Below are positions 12,271 through 26,170 of a stretch of DNA of 64,000 nt, in pieces. A model generated the notes under the pieces. That model had not been told where the DNA came from. It did no database searches and saw only the letters and a list, made by a program, of their open reading frames with translations. The DNA comes from Torpedo marmorata (lineage: Eukaryota). The stretch lies in the NCBI GenBank assembly GCA_977017645.1, contig OZ360238.1, positions 26,598,001 to 26,662,000 of the forward strand, given 5' to 3'. The position numbers and the translations under genes were made by a program. Numbering within the stretch: the first letter of the stretch is position 1; each line of letters opens with the position of its first letter.

Positions 12271-13514
12271 TGTTTTATGTTGAAAACAATTTTGTGTAGT
12301 CTTTCAAAATGTTGCTGCCTGCTGCAGCAACACCACCAGTGTGAGGGTTTAGTTACAGCAGAAGATGACATGGGCAATTTCCATTCCATGTTGTTGCCTG
12401 CAAGTTCATGCCTGATCAGTATCACAATGCAGTATGTTGGGATCAGCCTCCAAAATTCTTCCCATTTGCTTCAATTGAACCTAATTTTGCATGCAGTGTG
12501 CAATATGGTATTTGTACAGTAGAGCATGTTTTCCATTACTAACCAATGCTGAATTTGTAGCAAAATGATGTAGAATGTAAAATGAAAATTATGACAGAAT
12601 GCTTGATTTTGAAATTGGAATTGAATTTCATTTATGCTTCTTGATCTCTGTGTCCTTCTGGCTTCTAACTGTCTGGCAGGGTCAGGGAGAATGATAACTA
12701 AATAGAAAGTTGCTTTGGAGGTGCCAAACATTTTATGGTCTTTTTATGAAAAGAAAAAGATTACTGTACTGGTAATTTTTTTCCTATCCAATCAACAATT
12801 TCCTTGTAAATCATGAGTTTGCATTATTAAACGGGCTGCTTGAAGTCTGCATTTGGCTCCTGCATTCGTGTAATCAAGGCTGTGGAATGATATTTCAAAT
12901 GTTTTATAATAAAGAGCTGCGTTGCAGAGTTGTCCTTTGATAAGCTATGCAGTCAGATTGCAAGCAAAATCTGTTCCCAAAAACATAGGCTGTTCAGCGA
13001 TCCTATCTCTGCTTTTTTTTTTTAAATGGAACAGCTTGAATGACAAGAAAGCGGCACGAAAAATGTCCCAAAGCTACTGCCAAGTTGGGTTAACTACAAG
13101 TCTGTGCCTGACATTGAGTGGAAGGTAAGTGGAATAAGGCTGGTAGATTTATGGCCATTTGTACCTGATTGTTCATACTAAAGCCATTATGGAATGATTA
13201 GAGAAAAAGGTGAAGCTTTAAGTCCAGTGAAAATCAATACAACTGTCTACAGCAATTCAGCTGCCCGATTCGAGTACCATTAACTGGATCTTTATCCCGT
13301 CTTAGGTTACAGGGAGCTGGGTACAGGCTTACTGCATGCCCACCTGAACAGTTTTGTCAAGTTAGAATGCGACGCTATTTTTCTCTCCTTTCATAAACTA
13401 TAATATTTTGCTTTGAAGATTTGAAACTGTACCCAATATCATTACAATTGCAAAAAAATACTGAATGAAAACTACTTCTTAATGTTTGCCACCAATTCCT
13501 ACTGATCTACGGAG

Positions 13515-14008
13515 CTATGAAGCAGGTGCAGAGGAGATGTACCAGGACGTTCCCTGGATTGGAAAACCTGCGTTATGAGGCAAGGTTAACAGAGCTAGGG
13601 CTTTTCTCTTTGGAGAGAAGGATGAGAGGTGACTTAATAGAGGTCTACAAGATTATGTAAGGCATAGATAGGGTGGACAGCCAGCACCTTTTCCCGGGGC
13701 GAGACTAGCAAACACCAGAGGACATCTGTACAAGGTGAGGGGAGGAAGGTTTACGGGGGACATTAAGGGCGTTTTTTTTTTCTTTTTTTTAAACACAGAG
13801 TCGTGGGTGCCTGGAATGCATTACCAGGGGGCTGGTGGAGGCTGGTACAATAGGGACATTTACAGCACTCTTAGTTAGGAACATGCATGTAAAAAAAAGA
13901 GAGGGTTTATGAGGAAGGGAAGGTTTACTTTGATGAATAAGTTTCTGTCGGTCGGCACAACATCGTGGGTCGAAGGGCCTGTACTGTTCTGTAATGTTCT
14001 ATGCTCTC
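13515..14008 (+). mobile_element. CR1 LINE 3' fragment
   Basis: ggtgcagaggagat...gatgagaggtgacttaatagaggtctacaagattatg...gaagggcctgtactgttctgtaatgttctatg. Confidence 0.85.
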
Positions 14009-15858
14009 CTCAATACATCATATTTGTCTGTGCCAGAATCTTTACCATGGCATCATAATATTGATATTCTCTGTTCGACACCAAAGCAAACTGAAAATCA
14101 CACAAGCTATCCTTGACGAATGCCTGTATGCTATACTTTTTAATCCATTCATATCAATTGAGCAATTTATTTAAGTACCATCTCAACTTTGGACATTCAT
14201 AGATTCAGACTTCAGAGCAACATTTTGTTCTATTTGTACCTTACAAGCAGACAATTCTCATTTCTGCAGTAAAGGATCTCATGAGGCAAAGGAAATTAGG
14301 AGGACTGAAGCAAATATGTTCTCCAACCAGTTCCACTGAGGTCTTTAAATCCATTCTCACACTTCCTACCCCTTTCTCTTTTCAGAAGAAATAATTTACA
14401 TTGAATAACATAACAGAGCAACGATAGCACAAATATCAAACGCCAAACATGTTAATATTTCCATTCATATTGTTAACCCTTTCAAGTTCAGAAATATTGA
14501 GCCATTCACAAAGCATAGTCAAGGATATCTGTTGGTCCACTTCTTGTGAAGTATTCTGTGGACAAAACAACCAATTCTGCAGCTGAGTGGAAACCATTCC
14601 TTAATTTATACCATGTGTGATCTTGAAAGAAGCTTAAAACAAACAGTTTGACCCTTTTGGGATTTCAAGTAGGACTTGCTCCTTTCGGTCAAAAAGTTGC
14701 CCCAGACCTCAAAGTTGGAGGTATTTCTGAGAAGTTTGGCCTTACATTTGCCAGGAGGATAGTCTCCAAATATGTGGTATTGCATATTTATGTAACCAGC
14801 AACAAAAATAAATTGTACGTTAGTTATCTTAGCTGAATGCCTTAACAATTAAAATCTTTAATTTTCTAAATCTAAAAATGACTATTATCCTCCTTCCTCA
14901 GAAATTGGTCTCATATAGTGCATATTTTCCTGCCTTTATTAAGTCGTGTAATTTTTTTCTACAGTTCTTTTTCACGATGAGGAGGACCGACCTGGAGAAA
15001 GTGAGAGAGCAAGTGAGGAAGAGACAGGAAAGACAAATGGAAGAGAAAGTGGCATAGGAAGGGAGGGGAATGGCAGGGGAGAAAAGTGGAGGGGACACGG
15101 AGAAAGTGGGGAGGTGGGAGAGGTCGGAGGGGAAAGGGAGATGGAGACATCTAGGGAATACTACAACCTGGATATAAATGACTGGGGAGGAATACACAAC
15201 ATCTCTCATGAGATTCCAGAACGACAGTGGATAAACACAGAAGATCCCTTTTGCTTCAGCAGGAAATTTGGGAAAAGTGGGATTGATCCACGTCTGAAAG
15301 GAAGGCGATGAATTCCAGGTACATTGCGGAAAATGTCATTTTTGATTGTGGATGTCTTGCGTGGGGGGGGGGGGGGGTCGCCAGCACAATTGGCATTTAT
15401 TGCCCATTCCACAGAGCCTTTCACACTTTACAATTGTTTAATACATCTGACGGCTTTTGTCTGACCATTTTAGAAACAGGCAAGAGCAAATTACAGTGGT
15501 GAGATGCAATTACATATCAGCCAGATGAAGTACGAAGGACATGTTTCAACCCCTTGTTGATCAATGAACAGTTGGACTTAACAATAATCTGACTGCTTTA
15601 TGATCACTTTTATGAAAACCAGCTTCTACTTTTCCATACATCTAGAATATATTTTACACTAAATTTAAATTCTCAACTGAATGTCGATTTGTACTAACGG
15701 TGAATTACTAAAGAGAATACAGGAAAGTAAAGAGAATTAGTATGAAATTAAGACAGAAAGAAGGGATATATGTGAACTGCAGAGGACTGACTGCAAAGAG
15801 TGAATTCAGAGGAGTGTTGAAGAGGCATTGGATGTGTTATAGCTTAGGTGCTGCAGAG

Positions 15859-16338
15859 CAGCCATTCTCAACGGGGGCCACAGAACATTTAAGGGGGGCC
15901 ATGGACTGAAATCAGAAAATATTTTTTATGTAGGATTGAAGGGCATCCGCTTAGAACAGAGATGCATAGGAATTTCCTCAGCCAGAGGGTGATAAATCTA
16001 GAATTTATTGCCACAGGTAGTTGTGGAGACCAGGTCAGTGGATGTATTTAAGGCAGAGATTGATAGGTTCTTGAATAACCAGGGCATCAAAGGTTATGGG
16101 GAGAAGGCCGGGAAGTGGAGCTGAGTGGGAAAATGGATCAGCTCATGATTAAATGGCGGGGCAGACTCGATGGGCTGATTAGCCTATTTATCTTCCTATG
16201 TCTTATGGTTTTATAGTCGGTAGGAGAGAAGTACGGAAGAAACCAACTAAACTTGACTGCTTCACAAGGAAGGGGGCCCATAAACTTTGAGCAGAGTCCG
16301 AAGGGGGCCATTAGCCAAAAGAAGGTTGAGAATGGCTG
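15859..16338. mobile_element. hAT (Charlie-like) MITE containing a nested CR1 3' fragment (about 15935-16215)
   Basis: TIRs CAGCCATTCTCAAC ... GTTGAGAATGGCTG; 8-bp flanks CTGCAGAG / GTGTAGAG; internal repeated GGGGGCCA motifs. Confidence 0.78.
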
Positions 16339-16842
16339 GTGTAGAGTACTCATGCTTGTGCCTACTGGAAGTGGAATGGGGCAGCGGGAATTAATATAAT
16401 GGAGCATGGCAGATGTTAGAAATTCAGAAGCACACAACAGGTGAAATAATTGCTTAGGTGTGTAACAATGGCCCAAATATAAAGGTTCTGGAGGCCCTGG
16501 TATTGCTGAGTGACTTACAAAGCCTCAACACTTACAAAACTCAGAATTATCACAGAATTTGTTCATTTTTACTGATGAACTTGAACCACGATTGGTAGGA
16601 CTGGGGGTTGGGAGGTGGAAGGAGATCCTGCCAGTTATAACAGTCATCAATTCCAGAAGATATTATGTTGTCAAAATAAACACATTAATGAAAGAGTACT
16701 TGACTAGCCAGCAAAGAGGAGGAAAGAAACAAGAGATTCAACAATAACTATGCTTTGGAAAAACAGAGCTGCAAGCATTCCAGGTTATTTTTTGAGCTAC
16801 AAATGTGTGGGCAATTGTCTGAAACCAAGAAACTTTGAGACC

Positions 16843-17081
16843 TTAATTTAATTTAATTTAGACATACAGCATAGTAACAGGCCCTTCCCGCCCACGAGCT
16901 GTGCCGCCCAAATACCGCAATTAAACTACAACCCCCGTACGTTTTGAAGGGTGGGAGGAAACCGGAGCACCCAGAGACATGGGGAGAACGTACAAGCTCC
17001 TTACAGACAGTGCGGGATTCGAACCCGGGTTGCTGGCGCTGTCATAGCATTGTGCTGACCGCTGCGCTAACCGTGCCGCCC
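16843..17081 (-). mobile_element. tRNA-derived V-domain SINE (HE1-like) with CR1-type tail
   Basis: A/B-box head (GGTTCGAATCC), V-domain GGTGCTCCGGTTTCCTCCCAC, tail GGGCCTGTTAC...(TAAAT)n. Confidence 0.85.
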
Positions 17082-17321
17082 AACCCTTGCTGTTTATGTG
17101 GCGTTCCTGCTCATCAGGAGAATATTTCAGACCCCGGGAAGTGCTGCAGATCCGTGATCCCATGGGACTGAGTAATGAAAAGCTAAAGCCTAAGAATCTT
17201 TCAGCATAAAACGGAGGCAGGGTATGAAAGAAATCTTTGACACCCAGTGGAATACAAAAAGGCAAATCCTGAGTTTAATCAAGGTAAACTGTAACTGCAT
17301 GACAAGTGAGCACTGAAAATT

Positions 17322-17720
17322 AAGAACATAAGAAAATAATAAATAGGAGCAGGAGTAGGCCATCCAGCCCGTCGAGCCTGCTCCGTCATTCAATGAGATC
17401 ATGGCTGATCTGATGATAGGCTCATCTCCACCTACCTGCCTTTTCCCCATATCCCTTAATTCCCCTACTTTGTAAAAATCTGTCCAACCTCATCTTAAAT
17501 ATGTTTACTGATGTAGCCTCCACTGCTTCAATGGGCAGCGAATTCCACAGAGTCACCACCCTCTGGGAAAAGTAGTTCCTCCTCATCTCCGTCTAAATCT
17601 ACTACCCTGAATCTTGAGCTATGTCCCCTAGTTCTAGTCTCCCCGACCAATGGAAACATCTTATCTATGCCTTTCATAATTTTCTATAAGATCCCCTCTC
17701 ATTCTTCTAAATTCCAGCTT
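17322..17720 (-). mobile_element. CR1 LINE 3' fragment
   Basis: aagaacataagaa...ataggagcaggagtaggcc tail and the ORF2 end. Confidence 0.85.
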
Positions 17721-18574
17721 CTGAGTACAAATGGGTGGAAGCTGGAATTAGAATGCAGCTCTTCTCCAGAATGGGCCAAACAGCCTTGACATATCTTTGA
17801 ACTTTGCATTGAGAAATCCATGACACGTGTATAGGACTAATATTGTGTAATTGTTAGGGAAGAGTCAGACCACAAAGTCTGAAATTAAAATCCAGGGATG
17901 AGCTCACAGTAATATTCATTACTTAACCAACCAATCTCATTTCAACTTTATGTCCAGTTTTCAATAGATCCTCGGAGGTGCTGCAATGGAAGGCAATATT
18001 TGTATTCCAGATTTACTTAATTGACTAAAATAGATCAGAGTATTGATTAATGAGTCAGGCAATCAGTCATGTGAAGCCTGTTGAACAGCAGCCTGAGGGG
18101 CCAGTCTTCAGAAAGCTTGATGTTGAACCCTGATTAAATAGGAAGGTTTTACTTTAAATAAAACAAAATAATTTGCTCTCTTGTGTCACTCCCTTGTGCT
18201 GACATTAATCCTCAAGTCACCTAACCTTATTGGACCTTGAACTGACAGCAGAACAAGAAACATTTCTTTCCGTCCTATTTGTCAAAATATTTCTTACTTC
18301 AGCAATATTTTCTCCCATACAAGGACGCATCTTCGAGGTGCATTGTCTTTACCAATTTTGCATCAAACTTGTAAAGCTGCTACATTAGTTTAAACATTAC
18401 ATAAAGTTTCTAATTGCCAATTTCTCCAAACCTCAAATGCATAAAAATGACCTGTGGACGACAATCCTTTGTTAACAAATATTTGCTTTGAAAGAACCAC
18501 ACGTGGAGAATTTAATGATTGCTGTTCACTGTGATTGAGGAAGGACCACTTTGTGAAAATGTTGCTTTCCTTAC

Positions 18575-19071
18575 CTTGTATAATTTCAGGCTGGCTTCGT
18601 GCCTCGAATTGACAGTGTGCAGCCGCAGCTTCTCAATGCTATTAGTGTAGTAGTCACATGCATTGCATTTCAAGTGCACTGGGTTCCCAATGGCTACACA
18701 TTTCAGTCGCCACTCGTTGGCCTTGCCTCCTTCCTTGATGTGTGCCACCAGCTGATATTTCTGCACGTGCTTATCTGTCTTACAGTGCAACTGGAAGTTG
18801 GCCTTGAGCTGGGTGTTGTAGCGGCAGAGCTTACACTGGTAGGAATCACTGATGACTGCTTTCCACTCCTCCTCGGGAAGGTGGCGCTCAATGTTCATAT
18901 GCAGACCGAGTGTCTCCAGGTTGTCCGTCGTGAATCGGTTGCAGACAGCACACTGAAAAAGCTTCAAAGAAGGATCATTCGTGGTTGTGAACGTTTCGCC
19001 AAGGTTCATGAGTTCTTCTGACACCAGCTGCCCACCTCCCAGTCGCATGTCAATAGGAATCTCACCACCAA
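18575..19071 (-). CDS. ZFHX3: ZFHX3 second coding exon (497 bp; three C2H2-type zinc fingers)
   Basis: Acceptor tttatgcag|TT joins the phase-1 G to give ...[29 protein letters not shown]...CAVCNRF...[23 protein letters not shown]...[31 protein letters not shown], then donor AAG|gtaagg. The frame is continuous with the upstream exon across a 16.8-kb intron. Confidence 0.97.
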
Positions 19072-20112
19072 CTGCATAAAACCAAAGAATAAAGAGCAAG
19101 AATGAAATGCTTGGTAACAGTGCCAAAAAGTGATGCCCAAATCCTGAGAAGAAACCCTTTGGTCTCTCAGTGAATGACCAGTCTGAACTCTTCTTCTAAA
19201 GACAACACTGACAATACTGTGACTGTTAATGAGGTCCAATCTCCCATCATTGTCTGCGGATAAAATCTGCAGCATAGTAATGCTTTATTCAAATTAAATG
19301 GCCAATCTGCTGCAAAGTTCAATAAGCAGAATGTGCGATGTCTATTTACTTGATTTGTTGATGGTAAGCCGTGCTTAAGAGTTTGCTTTATGCTCTTGTC
19401 CCTGAATATAAGACTGAGATGGTCAAAACTCATTTCACTTGTGATCAGTTATTAGCCTTCAGGGACAGTGATTCCTATCAGCTAATGCCAGATTAGATTT
19501 AAACTTTAGCCTGTACAGGTTTCAAAGGTAAACATGCAGAATGCATGTAGCAATGCAAAGAAAAGCTCAAATCGAAGCCAACCAAGCTCAAAATTACTTG
19601 TATTTGCATCATTTGATTGGGCCGTTTTCTGTATAACAGTATGTTAGAATGCAGCTTTAAGTAAATATTTATTATTCCGTTAACTACAATCCAAGGATTG
19701 TAATGGTGGCAATGGTGACCATTTTGGTGTCACAAGGTAATAAGGCAGGAGTTCAGGACACACCTCATATTAAAACCATTTCAAAAGAACAATATTTTAG
19801 TTCAATCCAGGAGATGCTTTCTTTTCTGAAAATGTTTTTGCATACCCCCACTTGGTTTAGAAATGCAAGATTTCCTAAATCATTTGTAAATTAGACCGAA
19901 TAAAATGTTGGAAGAACACTTGAGATCATTCAGCATCTGCAGAACGAATAACAGGTCGACATTTTCAGCAATATTTTTTAATGTATTTCTAAAGGAAGGC
20001 CTCATTTCTGAACAGTAAATTGCCTATTCTCTAAGCGTTTTCTGGCAGAACGATTGGGTGTTTCGAACACTGCTTTTATTTCACTTAGACACCATTGGGC
20101 ATTTTTAATGTA

Positions 20113-20363
20113 ACTTTTTTTTAGATTTAGGCATACAGTACGGTAACAGGCCCTTTCGGCCACGAGCCTGTGCCGCCCAATTACACCCAATTGACCTGCA
20201 ACCCCTGGTACATTTTGAAGGGTGGGAATAAACCGGAGACCCCGAGGAAACCCACACAGACATGGGTACAATCTCCTTACACACAGCGCGGGATTCGAAC
20301 CCCGGTGCCAATCGCTGGCTCTGTAACGGTGTTGCGCTAACCACTACGCTAACCGTGTCGCCT
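20113..20363 (-). mobile_element. V-domain SINE (HE1-like)
   Basis: Same structure as 16843-17081. Confidence 0.85.
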
Positions 20364-20909
20364 CTTGAAACAAAATGCTATGAATGTACAATAAGGTTTT
20401 TCTTGCCAACTTAATATTTAGAATGGCAACTTTAAACTGGTTCGTGTCTGCTGAAATATAGTCCCAATGATTTCAGCTACAAGCTAAAAAAGACAGCTTG
20501 GGAAAAAGGAGGCAAGTTAAAGAAATATACTCAACACAAAAAAACTTGTGTTATGTCTCGGCCACAGCAGAGAGGGAGAGCTAATTATCCCATTACTGCG
20601 TCAATACATCCATTTAGCAGAGTTGTGTCAGTACCAGTGCAATGGGTGAGCTCATCAGAGGAAGGTGAAAACCTCTGTGCTGTACAGATCTGTCTAATGC
20701 CTCTTACTACACAATCTTTAATACATCATTGACCAGACAAAACCAAGAGCTGACCTTTTCCAACTTACAGTAAATTAATAACAACAAGCTCTTTATTTAT
20801 AGCACAGAAGGTCTGCAATGTGAATGACACTTCCTAATTTCCGAAAATTCAATTCCTTGGAAGAAGTCAGCTTATGGTTTCACACTTTAAAAAAGACTAA
20901 TTTACTCCG

Positions 20910-21021
20910 TTCTCTCAGCCTGATGTCCCCCACCCCTAAACCCCTAGTTCTCGCGACCTGATTTCCCCCACCCTAAACCCCTAGTTCTCTCAACCTGATG
21001 TCCCACACCCTAAACCCCTAC
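20910..21021. repeat. Three-copy tandem repeat of about 37 bp
   Basis: TTCTC..CCTGAT(G/T)TCCCCCACCCTAAACCCCTAG x3. Confidence 0.85.
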
Positions 21022-23907
21022 CATGTAATGCTCCATCTTGTGTTTGGGCTGAGAAATGGAGGATCCCATCCACTTAGACCACATTTAATTTGGATTAACT
21101 GTTCTATGTGGGATCCAGAGTTGCTCCGGTACCAATGGATCACTTGATCCAGAGAGAAGACTTCCATTAGCCCTAATATTACAAATTCAAGTAGGGTCAG
21201 CCAAATTAAATTATTTAGAGCAGAAGATGATGATAAAAATCAACCCCTGCACACAATATCATCTGGTTTGCAAGTTCAGGACTCACACTGGTTAAGAAGA
21301 CAGTCAGTTTTAATTAAAAGAGTGCAGCAGGTTCTCAGGACAGTATGGGCAACACTGCTGCTTCAGTACAAGCATGTTCCCTGCAACCTGAACCTTTGAC
21401 TTTTCCAAGCAAGCAGTGTGATCCCACCCTCACCCAAGCTTTGTCAACAATAATAGTATCCAGATTTACTGTGCTTAAAATGCTTGCTTTCTGCATGTGA
21501 ACCAGGGCACATTTTAATATATTTAAACTTAAACAGCCCAGTACTTCAGCGAAAAGAAGATTTTGGCTTCAGTCCCAAGTATATTTTATGAGAGTTGTGA
21601 TTGCCCTGTCATCACTCACTGAGCCTTGCTTTTGGCCATCTCAATCGATGTTGTGGAAATTCAATAAAGTGAGATTTTATGTATTGCTGGCCTTATACAG
21701 TATTTATCTGCTGATTACAGCAGACACACATCTGCCAGTTAGTTGCTCTTGAAGTTTTAACGAAATTTGTTGATGCACTTGTATATGTGAAAGTCAACTG
21801 ATATTACTATTTCTATGGTATATTTTCTAGTTGGCAAGACAGTGGGTGTTTTTGCAGTAGTTTTTGACATTCATCATTTCCTTGTTGATTCCATATCAAC
21901 AGAGAACATTCGAGGGGGACACAACTGAATATCTTTTCACTTGTTAAAAACCTTGCCATGCTGGAAAGCTACAAAAGGAAGAGCTCTCAAGGTAGACTCC
22001 TTCCAAAGCAAAGGCTTAATAAAATGTTCAGAAACATTTGGCTGAGAAGAATCTCAACCTCTCACTTGCACCAGACTGCTAAGTTGAAAACCTTGGGAGA
22101 AGCCGGTGAAAAGAAGATGGAGATGACCTAGGATGTATTGAATGGAAATATGCAGAGTCACCCTTCAGTGAACACCATTCAGCAAGGGTCCGAAACACAC
22201 ACACTGTGAATAATAGTCGAGAAAGAGATGAAAGCTCATGCCACAGACCAGCATCAATGGGGATCTCTTGTAGAGCCTTTATGTGGCTATTGAGTCATGA
22301 TGAGGATTCAGTGTATGAATGAATAAATAGGTGGGAGAACTAGGTCAAAGCAGCATTGGACATATTCTAGGAACAGATTTTCAAGCATTCTCGTTGTTAT
22401 AATAAATTTACAGCAAAAGAACCAGACATTCAGTTGAACTGGGCCTGCAGTGTTTACAGAAGATTTCTTCCACCAGTTATCATGCAATCCTGTACATACC
22501 GTATCCTTCTGGCCTTTTCCCATCATCTGCTTACCCAACATCCATGCCACTGGCCTCAGCCATGCTTTGTGGTAACAATTAACACATTCTTATCACTCTT
22601 TGGAAAAGAAGTTTCATCTGGATTCCTTACTGGATTTATTTGGGACTATTTCATATCTATACAGCCTATTCTTGCTTTCACTTTCCACATCTATCCTTCA
22701 AACCTTTCCATAACCATAAAGACATCTTTCAGGTCAAATCCCAATTTCAAGAATCACGTTTTTTTTTAAAAATATATATAAATCGGACATCAGGACTGGG
22801 TGTAATTCTCCAAATATGGTCAATTAGAATTTCAATTCTGCTTTTAAATTCTATCCTCTCAAAATTAACCCAGAAATTGAGTATTTTAAGTGAATTATGT
22901 CCATGACATCAAATTATTTTGTTCTTCTATCCCTTTTGAGACTTCTTATCTGAGTGGCATGTGGCCTTCATTTTTTATAATGAAAATAAACCATCTCACA
23001 TTTCATAGTCATATAGGTGCATCATCCACATGAACATTGAAAGCAGAGAGAGCAACAGAAACTTCATCAGCACAAACAAAATCTGCACCAGATTTGAATT
23101 TTAAATCTTGGATTTGAATCTGCCATTAAGGGACAGAGTGAACGCCAAAGCAGAGTCTTCCAATAGTTCATGAATTGAAGGTTTTAATGCATCATGAAAT
23201 TTGGTACTTCTGCAGCCAAAGCCCACTGAAGGCATCTGTAATATGAATTTCATGCTGAACTCTGCAGTGCTTATGTCAAATTGAAAATCCAAAGAAATAA
23301 ACAGTCCAACATACAAATTAGAAATAAAATGAAGCATTATTTTTCCCACACATATTTTCTTGCTCATACGTATAAATATGAGCATGTGTAGGGAAAGAAG
23401 ACAGGGGACTGCAACTTTCCAACACAGAATCAGGGGAAAAAATGTGAAAAGGAAAGATGTGTGAAGAGACTAAACACAGGCAGATTCATTTGCTGGCATA
23501 TTTTACCAGTGAAATATTTATAAATGGCAAGTTGTCCAATAATCTAAAAAAATTGCAGTATTTCCAAACATTTAAGAAAGTAATATTATACATTTTGTGA
23601 AAAGTATACAGTTGCTATCTATATTGCTTTGGTTCACTTGGTTTATATAAATATTTCAAAAATTTGTTTTGCTTTATGCAGCTGAATTACTACTCAAGTA
23701 ACAATGAAAGATTTGTATGTGAAAAGAAGAGGTAGCTTCAGGCAAATGCTAAGGCAATTAACATAACATGGATCTTCCCACGTTTTCTCCTAATCTTCAA
23801 TCAATATTTCTTGAGATACAAGCACAAATGGCAGCTGTATCTTAAAATAGATGTTCATGTTTTGGAACTGTCAGAAACTCAGCAGCCACAAATTTACTGA
23901 GAATAAG

Positions 23908-24018
23908 TTTATTTTTTAAAAATTTCTACAGGTATGGAAAATCGTGGTAAAAATTCTTGATAGGTTTAGTTTTTTAAAATTTCTACAGGTATGGAAAATC
24001 ATGGGAAAAATTCTTGAG
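23908..24018. repeat. Local tandem duplication of about 58 bp
   Basis: TTTTTTAAAATTTCTACAGGTATGGAAAATC(G/A)TGG(T/G)AAAAATTCTTGA twice. Confidence 0.9.
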
Positions 24019-24789
24019 GCATCAAATAAGGATTAAGAAGGAACTAGATTATAATTTGGATATACACAATCATCAGAGTAACTCTTTCCAAATGGTTGAT
24101 AAACATATCAAGAAAGGTTTTCGAAGAATCTGACAACATATTGAATGGATTTCTCACAAAGCATCTTTCTGGTCATAAGCATTAGCTTTAACAGTTGTAT
24201 ATTCTCTTTAAAGCAAATATTATTAAGAAGTCTTGCTATAGTATTTTTATTCCATGAAACATGTATTCAGTTTCAGAACCACAATTTTCATTCCCATGCT
24301 TACCATTTAAAATCTCAATAGTAATTTTTCTTTCTTCCACTCATTAGAAACAATTGCTGACTGTTTCCTTAGCAACCAACAGGTTACCAATGAACCTAAC
24401 CACATTAACCTTGCAGTCATTGAAATGCCAAAAAAATTATCAGCCTTTTTGCTTCACTAGTTCCTCACTTATATTTGTATTTTCTAACTTACTCTGAGTT
24501 AAACTAAAGCCTAATTATTTTTGTTTTATTAACTCTGTGACTTTAGTCATTTGGTGAAGGATGGTTACAACAAAAGTATTTTGGAGGGTTCTGATGTGTA
24601 TCCTTTTTTACCCACGATTATAGCCTTCTACATCTGAGGGTTAGACTACGATGAAAGGGGTTCAAATCAAGACAACCTCAATAACACTGTCATGGTTCCC
24701 TTCCATCCACCCACCATGGTGTTCAGTTGATTTCCCAACTTTAGCTGACTAAATACCTCCTTCTCACTCAAAGTAAACAGAGATCATTT

Positions 24790-24906
24790 TAAAAGGTTCC
24801 ATTTATTGTCACGTAATACTACATTTAGAATGTAACATACGTGAAATTCTTTAATTTTTGTCTACCGTAAGGCAGACAGAGGGTCGCTACTTTGTCCAGC
24901 GCCCCT
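24790..24906 (-). mobile_element. 5'-truncated (headless) copy of the same SINE body/tail
   Basis: Matches the body from AGGGGCGCTGGACAAAG to TGACAATAAATGGAACCTTT; no head present. Confidence 0.88.
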
Positions 24907-25200
24907 ATTGACAGTGGTTTGCTACTTGCTGTTGATCTTGAAGAAACCAGTTCCCAAAATTTCAGGGAGTCTGTACCATGGCTTTCCCATTTCCCAAAGC
25001 CAATTTTGCACCTCCTGTTGGCATCTGTGGAATCCAGTGACAATGGATGTGTAGCTGGTCAAATTGCAACACACTGCATAATAGCAAAAAGAGTCTAATG
25101 TTTTACCTAAATTTGTAACTACTTTACAAAAACAAATAAAAAATTGGGATATTCACATACATTGAGGAGAAGCTGAAATATGAAACTCTAAATCAATTAA

Positions 25201-25310
25201 AAACACAGAAATGCTGGTGGAACTCAGAATGTCTCGCAGCGACGTATGAGTTCCTCCAGCATTTCTGTGTTTTTACTACAATCACAGCGTCTGCAGACTT
25301 TCGTGTTTCA
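25201..25310. mobile_element. Penelope-derived short repeat with inverted 5' part
   Basis: About 28-bp arms AAAAACACAGAAATGCTGG(T/A)GGAACTCA and its reverse complement; flanks CTAAA(T/A)CAATTAA at 25188-25200 and 25311-25323. Confidence 0.72.
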
Positions 25311-25920
25311 CTAAAACAATTAATCTTATTGTAGAGTGACAGACTCTGATTCTATGGCCTTCAAAGCATATTATTATTTAAAATTCGTGGTATTTTGAAA
25401 TATTTTTGTGACAATTAAACCTCATAGCTAAAATTAGTTTTTTTGGTATCAGTGAGGCTGTTCAACAGTATTGAGAGCTTACTATGGTGCAAGATCAGAC
25501 ATCATTTAACAAAGCTTAATAGTTTTGATGGATTTTATTGTGATAATTATGTGCTAAGGTAGAAAAACATATCTTAAATTCTGTATTGATTCCCTTCAAA
25601 GAGTGCAAGAGTATCGATGTGCTTGTCCAGATTTCTGCGGCTCACTTGAAAGGTTGCCATAGGATGCCATAGATTGCCAGTTTTGTCGATTTTGCTGCCA
25701 TTAATCAATGTAAACTCCAAGCCTATAGGTTTGTGGTTTTCAACCAGTAGGACCATTTAAAACAGTGTGTAAATGAGCTTGTTGCATGGTTGAACAAGTG
25801 TGTGGCCATTGATGCATGGATGGACGGAAAAGCAAATTGTGAAGAGGACACAAAGAATCTGCAAAGGGGCACAGATGGGTTAAGCGAGTGGAAAAACATT
25901 TGGCAAAAGCAGTATAATGA

Positions 25921-26170
25921 GGCGGCACAGTTAGCGTAGTGGTTAGCGCAATGCTATTACAGCGCCAGCGACCCGGGTTAGAATCCACCGCTGTGTCTGT
26001 AAGGAATTTGTACGTTCTCCCCATATCTACGTGGGTTTCCTCCGGGTGTTCTGGTTTCTTCCCACTCTTCAAAACGTACGGGGGGGTTGTAGGTTAATTT
26101 GGGTGTAATTGGGCAGCCCAGGTTTAAATGGCCGAAATCAACTTCTACTGTGCTGTGAATAAAAATTTTT
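25921..26170 (+). mobile_element. V-domain SINE (HE1-like), inserted in an old CR1
   Basis: GGCGGCACAGTTAGCGTAGTGGTTAGCGC head and V-domain. Confidence 0.85.

Noticed and set aside
1-18574. Next ZFHX3 coding exon
   Set aside because: No ORF or zinc-finger translation matching the expected continuation was found; it presumably lies beyond the window.
19072-19126. Signal-peptide-like start ([18 protein letters not shown]) of the 204-aa ORF
   Set aside because: It is the translated polypyrimidine tract upstream of the true acceptor at 19071.
23915-24000. Recursive-splice-like TTTCTACAG|GTATGG motifs
   Set aside because: They are on the + strand, antisense to ZFHX3, and explained by a local duplication.
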